Below, piece after piece: positions 47,796-57,021 of a stretch of 64,000 bases of DNA. The DNA is from Patescibacteria group bacterium (GTDB taxonomy: Bacteria; Patescibacteriota; Patescibacteriia; UBA10025; JAHIVO01). Location: assembly GCA_041666685.1 (NCBI GenBank), contig JBAYGJ010000001.1, positions 31,749-95,748 of the forward strand, read 5' to 3'. The notes under the pieces are model-generated. The model ran no database searches and had not been told where the DNA came from. It worked only from the letters and a program-made list of their open reading frames with translations. The stretch's first letter is position 1. Every line of letters starts with the position of its first letter. The position numbers and the translations under genes are program-made.

Positions 47796-48559
47796 GTACG
47801 CCACATCCCATATACGGCCAGAAAAAAAATAATCACACTCAACCATTGCGTTTCGCTCAGCGCCCCGATCATCGGTTTGTGTAAACGGATAAAATCCAAA
47901 GTAAAACGGGTAACTGAAAATAACAAAAAATACAATAGGGTCAAGACTCCTGGCCGAAGTTCCGCTTTATAAAAAAACCTCATCAGTATGCAGAATACCC
48001 CCAGCATCAGAAGCGACTCATACAAAAATAGCGGATGGAAGTACGCAAATGACTCATACCCCGGCTCGCGAAACGCCATATCGATCGGCATGCCCCAGGC
48101 TGAGCCAGTCGGACGGCCATACAGTTCCTGGTTGAAATAATTACCCCAGCGGCCAATAGACTGCATCAACGGCAATGCTATAACCAATAAATCCGTCAGC
48201 AGCCAAAACGACATTTTTTTCCGGTGGGAATACATCCAGATGGCCAGTAAAGCGCCAAACAGAACACCGTGAATGGCCAGACCGCCATGCCATATCTTGA
48301 TGATTTCCGGCAGGTGCCGCACATAATACCCCCACTCGCCGATTATATGCCCCAGTCTACCGCCGACCAATCCAAAACCGAGTATAAGAAAAAACAGGTT
48401 ATACACATGGACCGTATCAACCTGTTTCTTCTTAAAAAAATGTATAGTTAGTAGCAATCCCGCGAAAACCGCGGCAGCCATTATTAATCCGTACCAGCGA
48501 AATGAAAATGAACCGACGGTTGCAGCAATGGCCTGTGGATGGTACGTATTCCAGAACAT
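47771..48559 (-). CDS. lgt: Prolipoprotein diacylglyceryl transferase
   Basis: RWYGL, IWHGGLAIHG, IGRWGNYFNQELYGRP, HPLFLYES. Confidence 0.95.
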   Translation of the reverse strand: MFWNTYHPQAIAATVGSFSFRWYGLIMAAAVFAGLLLTIHFFKKKQVDTVHVYNLFFLILGFGLVGGRLGHIIGEWGYYVRHLPEIIKIWHGGLAIHGVLFGALLAIWMYSHRKKMSFWLLTDLLVIALPLMQSIGRWGNYFNQELYGRPTGSAWGMPIDMAFREPGYESFAYFHPLFLYESLLMLGVFCILMRFFYKAELRPGVLTLLYFLLFSVTRFTLDFIRLHKPMIGALSETQWLSVIIFFLAVYGMWRTYRHEMVR

Positions 48560-48583
48560 TGCAGATATAAATTTTATGAAACG

Positions 48584-49345
48584 TTATTGTGCCAGTGCGG
48601 CATCAATGGCGGACTTGAAACTGGCATATGGCAAGGCGCCGGACACGAGCGTGCCATTGATAAATGTAGCGGGCGTACCATTGACCCCATACCCCTGACC
48701 CTCTGTCTGGTCACCGTTGACTCGGGATGTCGACGTACCTTTATCAAGGCAATCGTTGAATTTTGTAGTGTTCAAACCGAGATCCTTGGCATACCCTTTC
48801 AGATCGGTAACGGTAAGTGCGGACTGATTTGCAAACAATTTGTCGTGCATTTCCCAGAATTTATCCTGGGCCCCGGCGCATTCTGCCGCTTCTGCCGATT
48901 TTTGGGCGTTCGGATGGATGCTCGTCAAAGGGAAATAGCGGTATATTAATTTTACCTTTCCCTTATAATCAGTCATGATTTGGGTTAGCGTCGTGTTTAA
49001 CGTTTCGCAGTACGGACATTCAAAATCAGAGTATTCCACGAGCGTCACTGTTGCATTAGTATCACCTTTAACGTGATCGGTCGCCTTGACCTGAATGTCA
49101 ACTTTTGTCGGAGCAGTGTTTGTGTTAGCGGCCGCAACCGTATTGGTATTTGCCTGGGCAGCCGTATTGGTATTAGTACCCTCTTCCCCATTAATTTTTG
49201 TACGGAGAAGCGAATACGTCATGATAAATGCGACCAAAGCGGTCACGGTGATGCCGGCCAAGATACCGGTAATAAATGCCATCCGCGGCGGCGTCTTGAA
49301 AATTACCGACTGCGGTTTTTCGTCAAAACTTTTCATGTCAGACAT
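48584..49345 (-). CDS. Membrane-anchored DsbA/BdbD-like thiol-disulfide oxidoreductase
   Basis: EYSDFECPYC, YFPLTSIHPNA, GVNGTPATFING. Confidence 0.9.
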   Translation of the reverse strand: MSDMKSFDEKPQSVIFKTPPRMAFITGILAGITVTALVAFIMTYSLLRTKINGEEGTNTNTAAQANTNTVAAANTNTAPTKVDIQVKATDHVKGDTNATVTLVEYSDFECPYCETLNTTLTQIMTDYKGKVKLIYRYFPLTSIHPNAQKSAEAAECAGAQDKFWEMHDKLFANQSALTVTDLKGYAKDLGLNTTKFNDCLDKGTSTSRVNGDQTEGQGYGVNGTPATFINGTLVSGALPYASFKSAIDAALAQ

Positions 49346-49441
49346 ATACGTACGTTTATTAATAATTATTTTTGTGATTAAAAGTACCGACCCATTGATT
49401 TTATTGTACCATACCCCCCTGACGAGTCAATAATTGCGGCC

Positions 49442-50164
49442 TTATTGTCCATATGCAGCCAACAGCCGATCAATAGCACTCTGCATTTCAGAAAATGTTA
49501 TGACGCCCGGGAAAATCCGCCCATTTATGAAGAATGTCGGCGTTCCCGAAACCCCAGCATTCAGCCCGTCTTCAAAATCCTTCTGTACTTTTATGGTGTA
49601 CGCCCCTTGATCGAGGCATGTGTTAAACTTCTCGGTATCAAGATTGATCTCTTTCGCATAATTCTTCAGGGCTAATACGGACAGATCTGACTGATTGATG
49701 AACATCTTGTCATGCATGGCCCAAAATTTATCCTGAGCCTGTGCACACAAGCCCGCCTCGGCCGCTTTCTGCGCATTCGGATGGCTTTCGGTAATCGGAA
49801 AATTCCGGTATTCAAATTTTATGCTATTGCCGTAATAATTGATCAGCTCCCGGACAACCGTGAATGCCTCCTTGCAATAGGAACACTGGAAATCAGAAAA
49901 TTCAACAATCACCACCGAAGCTGTTAGACTGCCCGTATAGGGGGCGTCAGCCAAATCCACATTCACATTTGTCGATACAGTACTATTGCTATTGTTATTA
50001 CTGTTGATATCCTCAATGCTCTGCCTGACCAGGGTATAAAAATATATTCCACCGACCAATAGTACTCCTATCACGACTGCCGCAGTGATGAATAAGGCCC
50101 TCCACCGACGGGCTTTCCGGGCGGCCGCATAGAACTGATCATTACTGGTGTCAGTCTGTTCCAT
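49442..50164 (-). CDS. Membrane-anchored DsbA/BdbD-like thiol-disulfide oxidoreductase (paralog)
   Basis: EFSDFQCSYC, NFPITESHPNA, GVSGTPTFFING. Confidence 0.9.
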   Translation of the reverse strand: MEQTDTSNDQFYAAARKARRWRALFITAAVVIGVLLVGGIYFYTLVRQSIEDINSNNNSNSTVSTNVNVDLADAPYTGSLTASVVIVEFSDFQCSYCKEAFTVVRELINYYGNSIKFEYRNFPITESHPNAQKAAEAGLCAQAQDKFWAMHDKMFINQSDLSVLALKNYAKEINLDTEKFNTCLDQGAYTIKVQKDFEDGLNAGVSGTPTFFINGRIFPGVITFSEMQSAIDRLLAAYGQ

Positions 50165-50192
50165 AAGAAGAAATTACTGCGCGATCAGCGCT

Positions 50193-50405
50193 TCACTCCG
50201 GAAAAATTCTCCGGCCGTTATCCTCGTATAATTCTATTGCCAGAACCGGGCATGATTTTGCGGCGTCCAGTATTGTCTGGTCATCAGCGCCGTTTTCGTT
50301 TTTCATTTTGACTTTACCTTCCTGGTCAAGCTCAAACACCTCGGGTGCTATAGCCACACATGTGCCGGCGCTGATACATTTATCCCGATCAAGATGAATT
50401 TTCAT
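50193..50405 (-). CDS. Monocluster ferredoxin, [3Fe-4S]-type
   Basis: CISAGTC...APEVF...CPVLAI (second Cys replaced by Ala). Confidence 0.88.
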   Translation of the reverse strand: MKIHLDRDKCISAGTCVAIAPEVFELDQEGKVKMKNENGADDQTILDAAKSCPVLAIELYEDNGRRIFPE

Positions 50406-50413
50406 ATAAGTCT

Positions 50414-50911
50414 CTATTCTTTTTTGCCGCGCTTGCCTACTTGGTGATCCAACATGAGGATGCCGCTGCTCTTGTCACCGATCATCTTTAACTTCTCGGT
50501 AATTTCGAGCGTACTCGCTTCCTCCTCGACCTGCTCATCAATAAACCATTTAAGGAAACTCTGTGACGGATAATCCTTCTCCTTCAGTGCCAAATCATAG
50601 AGGCTGTCGATGAGTTTGGTAATTTTCTGTTCATGCTGGTAAGCCAGGCTGAACGCCTGGTGCGGTGGCGGCAGTTTAGTCGGAGGCTTTGGTAATGCGG
50701 ATAATTCCGCGGTACCGCCCCTTTCAATGATGAAATTAAAAAATTTGATGGCGTGGGCCAATTCCTCTTCATACTGCAACCGCAGCCACGACCCAAACCC
50801 TTTGAAGTTCATCGATTCATAATACCCGGCCAGTGCCAAATACAGCATGGCCGAATATTGCTCCTCGGCAATTTGCTTATTGAAAGCTGCTTCCACTTTT
50901 TTGTTTATCAT
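50414..50911 (-). CDS. ftn: Non-heme ferritin
   Basis: QYEEELAHAIKF, HEQKIT, FLKWFIDEQVEEE. Confidence 0.93.
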   Translation of the reverse strand: MINKKVEAAFNKQIAEEQYSAMLYLALAGYYESMNFKGFGSWLRLQYEEELAHAIKFFNFIIERGGTAELSALPKPPTKLPPPHQAFSLAYQHEQKITKLIDSLYDLALKEKDYPSQSFLKWFIDEQVEEEASTLEITEKLKMIGDKSSGILMLDHQVGKRGKKE

Positions 50912-50961
50912 AAACGTTGTTTGTTATTGCTTAGTCTTATACACTATACTACATTTTTACT

Positions 50962-51573
50962 CTATTTGGTAGCCATGTAGCTCGCTTCTACAGCCACCCA
51001 ATTAACAGCCTGCCAGAAGGCTTTGATGTAATCAGCCCTGACATTTCGATATTTCAAATAATAGGCATGCTCCCAGACATCCAGCCCTAGCACAGGCGTA
51101 TGGCCGATCGATAAGGGCGAATCCTGATTAACGGTTTTTTCAACCACTAATTTCTGGCCATTCAGGGACAGCCAGGCCCATCCCGAACCGAACAGGTTGA
51201 GGGCAGCCTCGCTCATCAGTTCTTTAAGCTTTTCAAAACTACCGAAGTCTCTCATTATCGCAGCCAATAATTCACCGGTCGGTTCTCCGCCAGCCTTCGG
51301 GCCCAGTGCCATCCAGTACAGATTATGGTTATAATGGCCACCGCCGGCATTCCTGACGGCCAGACGGATATCCTCTGGGATGGCATCCAAATCACTTAGC
51401 AATTTTTCGACCGGCGTTTCGAACAATCCCGGATGCTTCTCGATTGCCATATTCAGTTTCTGGGTATAGGTCTCGTGGTGTTTGTCATGATGCAGGACCA
51501 CAGTCTCTTTGTCGAGATAGGGTTCCAGCGCATCATAGGCATAGGGTAATTGAGGGGTGATAAACTTATTCAT
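50962..51573 (-). CDS. sod: Fe/Mn superoxide dismutase
   Basis: LPYAYDALEP, HHDKHH, GGHYNH, FGSGWAW, DVWEHAYY. Confidence 0.97.
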   Translation of the reverse strand: MNKFITPQLPYAYDALEPYLDKETVVLHHDKHHETYTQKLNMAIEKHPGLFETPVEKLLSDLDAIPEDIRLAVRNAGGGHYNHNLYWMALGPKAGGEPTGELLAAIMRDFGSFEKLKELMSEAALNLFGSGWAWLSLNGQKLVVEKTVNQDSPLSIGHTPVLGLDVWEHAYYLKYRNVRADYIKAFWQAVNWVAVEASYMATK

Positions 51574-51584
51574 AGATATTCCTG

Positions 51585-51974
51585 TTAATTATTTTTCTTA
51601 GGCTCTGCATGGGCGGCCTGCCGCAGCGTCTCCAGAGCTAGTAAGGCGCATTTCCTCCTGGCCGGCGTGATCGGCACGCCCATGTCTTTTATAAAATCGT
51701 CGTCTGAATACTTCTTGAGGTCTTGAAAGCTCTTGCCCGTCGTCTTTTCCGTCAATATCGACGCGGCTGCCCTGGCGATACTGCAGCCGGCACCGTCAAA
51801 CTTCACTTCCTGCAATTTCTTCTTTGCCTTGTCCGTCCGGTAGCTAATACTAATACGATCGCCGCATAGCGGATTATTTCGTTCGGCCACGCCATCGGGC
51901 TGCTTCAAAGTGCCGAAATTCTTCGGTTTCCGTGAATGATCAATGATAATCTGCCTGTACATGTCAAAGCTCAT
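51585..51974 (-). CDS. sufU: SufU/IscU-like Fe-S scaffold or sulfur-transfer protein
   Basis: IIDHSRKPKNFG, NPLCGD, GCSI, RRKCALL. Confidence 0.9.
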   Translation of the reverse strand: MSFDMYRQIIIDHSRKPKNFGTLKQPDGVAERNNPLCGDRISISYRTDKAKKKLQEVKFDGAGCSIARAAASILTEKTTGKSFQDLKKYSDDDFIKDMGVPITPARRKCALLALETLRQAAHAEPKKNN

Positions 51975-53218
51975 ATGTTGAATAGTTCCTTAGCTTTTTT
52001 TAAAGCATTAGCCAGCGATTGGACATCAGCCTCAGTATTATACAGATAAAAACTGGCCCGCGTGGTCGACTCTACGCCAAGTATTTCGTGCAAAGGCTGG
52101 GCGCAATGATGTCCGGCCCTGACTGCCACCCCCTGCTCATCCAAAATTGAAGCCAAGTCATGCGGATGGATATCTTTCATACTGAAGGAGACAGCGCCGC
52201 CCCGATCTTTGACTTCGCGCGGGCCATAGATCGTCAGACCCGGGATCGCCGTTAATTCTTTGATGGCGAGGGCAGTCAGCTCCTGCTCATGCGAAAATAC
52301 CCGCTCCATCCCGACCGCCTGCAGGTAATCGATCGCCGCGCCAAAACCGATCGTACCGGCGATATTTGGAGTCCCTGCTTCGAATTTCCAAGGCAAATCA
52401 TTCCATCGAGCCTCATGCAACGTCACGTGCGAAATCATGTCACCGCCGGTGAGGAAAGGTGGCATATGTTCGAGTAGCTCGTGTTTACCGTACAACACGC
52501 CCACGCCGGTTGGCCCGAGCATCTTATGGGACGAAAAAACATAAAAATCTGCATCAATTTTTTTCATGTCCACCTGAAAATGAGGCGCACTCTGCGCTCC
52601 ATCCACGAGCACGACAGCTTGCGGTGCTTTTTTTCTGATCTGCCTGACCATTTCCCGCGCTGGGTTAATAGTCCCTAGCACATTAGACATATGCGTGAAA
52701 GCCACCAATTTTGTCTGTTTGGCCAGCAGGGTATCCAAATGTGAAATATCCAAACGCCCATTAGGGGCCACAGGGATAAACGCCAGCTGAGCGCCTTTTT
52801 CTTTAGCCAGTACCTGCCACGGCACCAGATTCGCATGATGCTCCATTTCCGTGAGGACGATACGATCCCCCCGCTTGATATTCTGCCGGCCCCAGGTGAA
52901 AGCCACGAGATTTATGCTTTCGGTGGCATTCCGAGTAAATATTATTTCTGTCGCTGATGAAGCATTGATAAACTGCGCCACCTTCTGGCGGACCAGTTCG
53001 TACGCTTCGGATGCTTTTTCGGAAAGCGTATAAATGCCCCGATGGACATTGGCATAGTATGTCTCATAAAAATCTTTCACTGCGTCAATCACAGCCCTGG
53101 GTTTTTGGGTACTGGCCGTGGAATCCAGATACACCAGCGGCTGGCCGTTGATTTTTTGGGAAAAAATCGGAAAATCAGCTTTTACTTTCTGCCATGATTT
53201 TTTTATAAATGGCGTCAT
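51971..53218 (-). CDS. sufS: Cysteine desulfurase SufS
   Basis: YLDSTASTQKP, EHHANLVPW, SSHKMLGPTG, RAGHHCAQP. Confidence 0.96.
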   Translation of the reverse strand: MTPFIKKSWQKVKADFPIFSQKINGQPLVYLDSTASTQKPRAVIDAVKDFYETYYANVHRGIYTLSEKASEAYELVRQKVAQFINASSATEIIFTRNATESINLVAFTWGRQNIKRGDRIVLTEMEHHANLVPWQVLAKEKGAQLAFIPVAPNGRLDISHLDTLLAKQTKLVAFTHMSNVLGTINPAREMVRQIRKKAPQAVVLVDGAQSAPHFQVDMKKIDADFYVFSSHKMLGPTGVGVLYGKHELLEHMPPFLTGGDMISHVTLHEARWNDLPWKFEAGTPNIAGTIGFGAAIDYLQAVGMERVFSHEQELTALAIKELTAIPGLTIYGPREVKDRGGAVSFSMKDIHPHDLASILDEQGVAVRAGHHCAQPLHEILGVESTTRASFYLYNTEADVQSLANALKKAKELFNI

Positions 53219-53922
53219 AGGCTATGTGGAAATAATTTTTCTGCAGGCTTGGGCAGTCGGGCCAATATGGGATGGAAAAACCCCTGGATCATATGCTGAA
53301 TCGCCTGGCGATGGGGTAATCCCCGACTCTTCAGATAAAATAGCTGGTCGGTATTTACCCGGCTGGTCGTGGAGCCGTGAGTCGCACGTACGTCATCAGC
53401 CAATATTTCAAGGGTTGGGATCGAGGTTGCCATCCCGCGGTCAAGCAAGAGGACATTGTCGGCAAAATACGAATTTGTCTGATTTGCACCTGGATAAATT
53501 TTCAACAGGCCATTAAACTGGCCGTATGCCGAATCCTCATACACGCCTTTAATAAGTATATCACCTTTCGTATTTTTTGCCTGATGACGCATGGCCACGT
53601 CCAGTGCGTGCCGGTCTGTTCCGAAACCATGGAAAAGCCCCGATACGTACGCTTCCGATGCGATACCGGCGAGTTCGATGGACGCCTTCACCGAAACATT
53701 GTGCGAGCGCGATACCGCCACAGCGAGATGCAACCGGGCATTTTTTTTGAGGGTGCACTCTACTGACGGACTAACTGTCCGCTTGAGACCATTACCCAGC
53801 CAAACGAGATTCAGCTGGCGGCCCGGCTCAATAATAATTTTAAAATCCAATACCGGATGCTTCCGCATATCAATTTCCAGCGTCATGTCCCGTTTTATAT
53901 GTAGGCGTTTGGTTCGTACCAT
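53215..53922 (-). CDS. sufD: SufD-like protein (short)
   Basis: FNGLLKI, SIPTLEILADDVRATHGST, LFYLKSRGL. Confidence 0.85.
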   Translation of the reverse strand: MVRTKRLHIKRDMTLEIDMRKHPVLDFKIIIEPGRQLNLVWLGNGLKRTVSPSVECTLKKNARLHLAVAVSRSHNVSVKASIELAGIASEAYVSGLFHGFGTDRHALDVAMRHQAKNTKGDILIKGVYEDSAYGQFNGLLKIYPGANQTNSYFADNVLLLDRGMATSIPTLEILADDVRATHGSTTSRVNTDQLFYLKSRGLPHRQAIQHMIQGFFHPILARLPKPAEKLFPHSL

Positions 53923-53926
53923 AGTA

Positions 53927-55318
53927 TTAACCGACACTCCCTTCCATTTCCAGCTGAATAAGACGGTTTAGTTCCACCGCGTATTCCAGCGGCAATTCTT
54001 TGGCGATCGGCTCAATAAACCCAGAGACAATCAGATTCATAGCCTCAGGCTCGCTCAACCCTCGGCTGCGCAGATAAAACATCTGCTCCTCGCCAATTTT
54101 TCCGACCGACGCCTCATGCCCGATCTGGACGTCGCTTTCCTTGATATCCATAGTCGGGTAAGTATCTGAACGCGAGCGCTCATCCAGCAGCAAGGCATCG
54201 CAAACAACATTGGATTTCACTCCAGTCATGCCGCGCGGTACCCGAACCAGCCCACGGTACGAAGTCCGGCCAGTTTCCTTGGCAATGGATTTGGAAATGA
54301 TGCGCGACGTAGTCTCAGGAGCCCCATGAATTGCCTTGCCGCCCGCATCCTGATGCTGCCCGGCTCCAGCTAAAGCGATGGAAAGCACTTCGCCGTGGGC
54401 TTTACGGCCGAGCAAATAGACCGACGGGTACTTCATGGTCAATTTACTGCCCAAATTTCCGTCCACCCATTCCATAACGCCCTCTTCATAGACAAAACTT
54501 CTTTTCGTAACCAGGTTGTACACATTCTTTGACCAGTTCTGGACAGTCGTGTATCGGACACGGGCGCCAGGTTTCACGATGATTTCAACAACCGCAGAAT
54601 GCAATGAGTCGGTCGTATAAACCGGCGCTGTACATCCTTCCACATAGTGCACAAAACTACCGGGTTCGGCGATGATGAGCGTCCGCTCAAACTGTCCGGC
54701 ATTGCGCGCGTTGATGCGGAAATATGCCTGCAGAGGAAATTCCACTTTCACACCAGCTGGCACATAGACAAAACTCCCGCCGCTCCAAACCCCAGTATTC
54801 AACGCGGCAAATTTATTATCGCCGGCCGGTATGACACGGCCAAAATATTTTTTTATAATCTCGGGGTATTTCTTCAGGGCTGTGTCCATATCCTCAAAAA
54901 TGACGCCGCTTTTCCCCATCCGGTCCTTCAGGTTGTGGTACACTGCCTCTGATTCATATTGAGCCATGACTCCGGACAAGTATTTTTGTTCTGCTTGGGG
55001 GATTCCTAACCGCCGATACGTGGTCCGGATAGCTGGCGGCACGTCGCCCCAACTCTGGAAAACTTTTTCCACCGGCTTCATATAATAATAAATGTCGTCA
55101 AACTTTATTGTTGACAGGTCTCCGCCCCAGGCGGGGTTTTTCTTCTTTAAAAAAGTTTGATACGCCCTCAGCCGGACATCGAGCATCCACGACGGTTCGC
55201 CTTTCATGTGGGAAATCTCCCGGACGACCTGTTCTGACAATCCCTTCTTCGCCTTAAAAACGTATGACATCGGGTCAGGCCTGGTAAGCATCTCCTGTTT
55301 GGATGCGGTCGTGGGCAT
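53927..55318 (-). CDS. sufB: Fe-S assembly protein SufB
   Basis: [32 protein letters not shown]. Confidence 0.97.
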   Translation of the reverse strand: MPTTASKQEMLTRPDPMSYVFKAKKGLSEQVVREISHMKGEPSWMLDVRLRAYQTFLKKKNPAWGGDLSTIKFDDIYYYMKPVEKVFQSWGDVPPAIRTTYRRLGIPQAEQKYLSGVMAQYESEAVYHNLKDRMGKSGVIFEDMDTALKKYPEIIKKYFGRVIPAGDNKFAALNTGVWSGGSFVYVPAGVKVEFPLQAYFRINARNAGQFERTLIIAEPGSFVHYVEGCTAPVYTTDSLHSAVVEIIVKPGARVRYTTVQNWSKNVYNLVTKRSFVYEEGVMEWVDGNLGSKLTMKYPSVYLLGRKAHGEVLSIALAGAGQHQDAGGKAIHGAPETTSRIISKSIAKETGRTSYRGLVRVPRGMTGVKSNVVCDALLLDERSRSDTYPTMDIKESDVQIGHEASVGKIGEEQMFYLRSRGLSEPEAMNLIVSGFIEPIAKELPLEYAVELNRLIQLEMEGSVG

Positions 55319-55322
55319 ATCC

Positions 55323-56066
55323 CTATTCTTTCTTTTTCAGCCAGTCATATCCGCGTTTTTCCACCTGCTGTGCGAGCTCTCGTCCGCCAGACTTCACGAT
55401 CCGGCCATCGATCATCACATGCACGCGGTCTGGTCTAATAAATTTCAAGATGCGGATATAATGCGTAATCACAATGAACGTCCGACTCTCCCCGCGCAAA
55501 CGATTCACTCCTGAGGCAACGGTCTTTAAAGCATCAATGTCCAATCCAGAATCGGTTTCATCCAAAATCGCTAACTTTGGTTGTAGTAACGCCAACTGCA
55601 ATATCTCCAGTTTTTTCTTTTCACCGCCCGAAAATCCGTCATTCAAGCCACGTTCCGCGAGGTCGTGCCGTAATTTCAGTGAGTTGGCTGCTACAATAAA
55701 TCGTTCATGGAACTCCAGCACGGATAGTTGTTTTGTATGGTAGATGGCATTATATGCGGTGCGCAAGAAATGTTCAATCGAAAGCCCGGCCACTTCGCTC
55801 GGGTACTGGAATGACAAAAAAATCCCCAACCGCGCTCGTTCGTCAGGATCAAGCGAGTTGATGAGTTTTCCCGAAAATCTAATGCTGCCTCTAGTGATAG
55901 TAAAACCCGGATGGCCCATAATCACGGAGGCGAGTGTTGACTTGCCTGAGCCGTTTGGCCCCATTACGGCATGGATTTCCCCAGTGCCCACGGACAAATT
56001 TATTCCTTTGAGTATATGTTTTTTACCGGCAGCTGCCTCTAAATTTTTAACTTCAAAATATTTCAT
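55323..56066 (-). CDS. sufC: Fe-S assembly ATPase SufC
   Basis: [39 protein letters not shown]. Confidence 0.97.
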   Translation of the reverse strand: MKYFEVKNLEAAAGKKHILKGINLSVGTGEIHAVMGPNGSGKSTLASVIMGHPGFTITRGSIRFSGKLINSLDPDERARLGIFLSFQYPSEVAGLSIEHFLRTAYNAIYHTKQLSVLEFHERFIVAANSLKLRHDLAERGLNDGFSGGEKKKLEILQLALLQPKLAILDETDSGLDIDALKTVASGVNRLRGESRTFIVITHYIRILKFIRPDRVHVMIDGRIVKSGGRELAQQVEKRGYDWLKKKE

Positions 56067-56075
56067 ACTAAAATA

Positions 56076-56210
56076 TTAATAACAACAGCTTTCTTTATAC
56101 CCGCATTGTAGACAGACCGAGCCCTTACTGCCACGGAGTGACGGCATTGCTTCACCGCAGGTCGGGCAAGCCTGCACGTCCGGATTATCGTTTGGTATGC
56201 TGCTCGGCAT
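56076..56210 (-). CDS. Unannotated 44-aa Cys6 zinc-ribbon microprotein
   Basis: Manual translation MPSSIPNDNPDVQACPTCGEAMPSLRGSKGSVCLQCGYKESCCY; overlaps the fur 3' end and fills the fur-sufC gap. Confidence 0.75.
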   Translation of the reverse strand: MPSSIPNDNPDVQACPTCGEAMPSLRGSKGSVCLQCGYKESCCY

Positions 56211-56757
56211 GTACCGGTCCATAATAATGGCAATTAGTCTGGAAGCAACAATCTTTGCAGACCGGAGTTTCCTGTTGCAGGTCGTTCAATAATTCACCGC
56301 AGGCCATGCAAAATAATTCCGGGGTTTTCAATTTCGGAGATAATTTTTTCTGGCAATCGGAACAATACCCCCTGATTTCAAAATTGTCAGATCGGACGAA
56401 AAAATTTCCCTTCATTGCCAGAGACCTGGCCAGCGTTGCTAGATGTTGGTCATCTATCTCGTTGATCGAATGGCAGCCCTCGCATACCAGATGTACATGG
56501 GAATCGACCCGGCTCTCATAACGGGTAACCTTGTCTACGACGCATTCCTTAATATACCCGTGGTGCCGCAAAAAATCCAGATTCCGATAAACGGTACCGA
56601 AGCCGATGCTGCGCAGCCTCTTCTTGACCCCGCGGTACACCTGCTCGGCCGTCGGATGTCCGGGTTCATGACGTAAAAACTCCAGAATATCCAGCCGTTG
56701 GCTGGTCAGACGCCAATCGCGGGAATTGGCCTTTTTGGATGCTTTTTTAGCAGACAT
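56185..56757 (-). CDS. Fur/PerR-family regulator with an extra Cys-rich C-terminal domain
   Basis: RLTSQR..IL, HPTAEQVY, TVYRNL, HVHLVCEGC, GYCSDC, then CMAC...CKDCC...C. Confidence 0.9.
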   Translation of the reverse strand: MSAKKASKKANSRDWRLTSQRLDILEFLRHEPGHPTAEQVYRGVKKRLRSIGFGTVYRNLDFLRHHGYIKECVVDKVTRYESRVDSHVHLVCEGCHSINEIDDQHLATLARSLAMKGNFFVRSDNFEIRGYCSDCQKKLSPKLKTPELFCMACGELLNDLQQETPVCKDCCFQTNCHYYGPVHAEQHTKR

Positions 56758-56765
56758 CTAAAGAT

Positions 56766-56819
56766 TGCTTATTAAGAATGATTCTCAATAAGCATATATG
56801 ACAAACGCGTACCTGTCAA
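56766..56819 (-). promoter_or_regulatory. Fur-box palindrome overlapping the promoter of the fur-suf operon
   Basis: 29-bp palindrome TGCTTATTAAGAAT-G-ATTCTCAATAAGCA (56766-56794, one mismatch); TTGACA-N17-TATGCT. Confidence 0.8.
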
Positions 56820-56826
56820 TATGTCT

Positions 56827-57015
56827 CTATTCTTCGCATGAAATCGCCCGTGTCGGACAGCTGTCGATCGCATCCTGGATAGGCATCCCGTCATAACTAT
56901 CCAGGGGCTTCACCTGCGATTTCCCTTCCAGGTTGAGCTCAAATACCTCGGGACACAAAGCTGCGCAAGTACCGCAACCGGAACATTTCTCCCGATCTAC
57001 CGTTGGTTTGTTCAT
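56827..57015 (-). CDS. Monocluster [4Fe-4S] ferredoxin
   Basis: CSGCGTC...CPEVF...CPTRAI. Confidence 0.9.
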   Translation of the reverse strand: MNKPTVDREKCSGCGTCAALCPEVFELNLEGKSQVKPLDSYDGMPIQDAIDSCPTRAISCEE

Positions 57016-57021
57016 ACTGTT

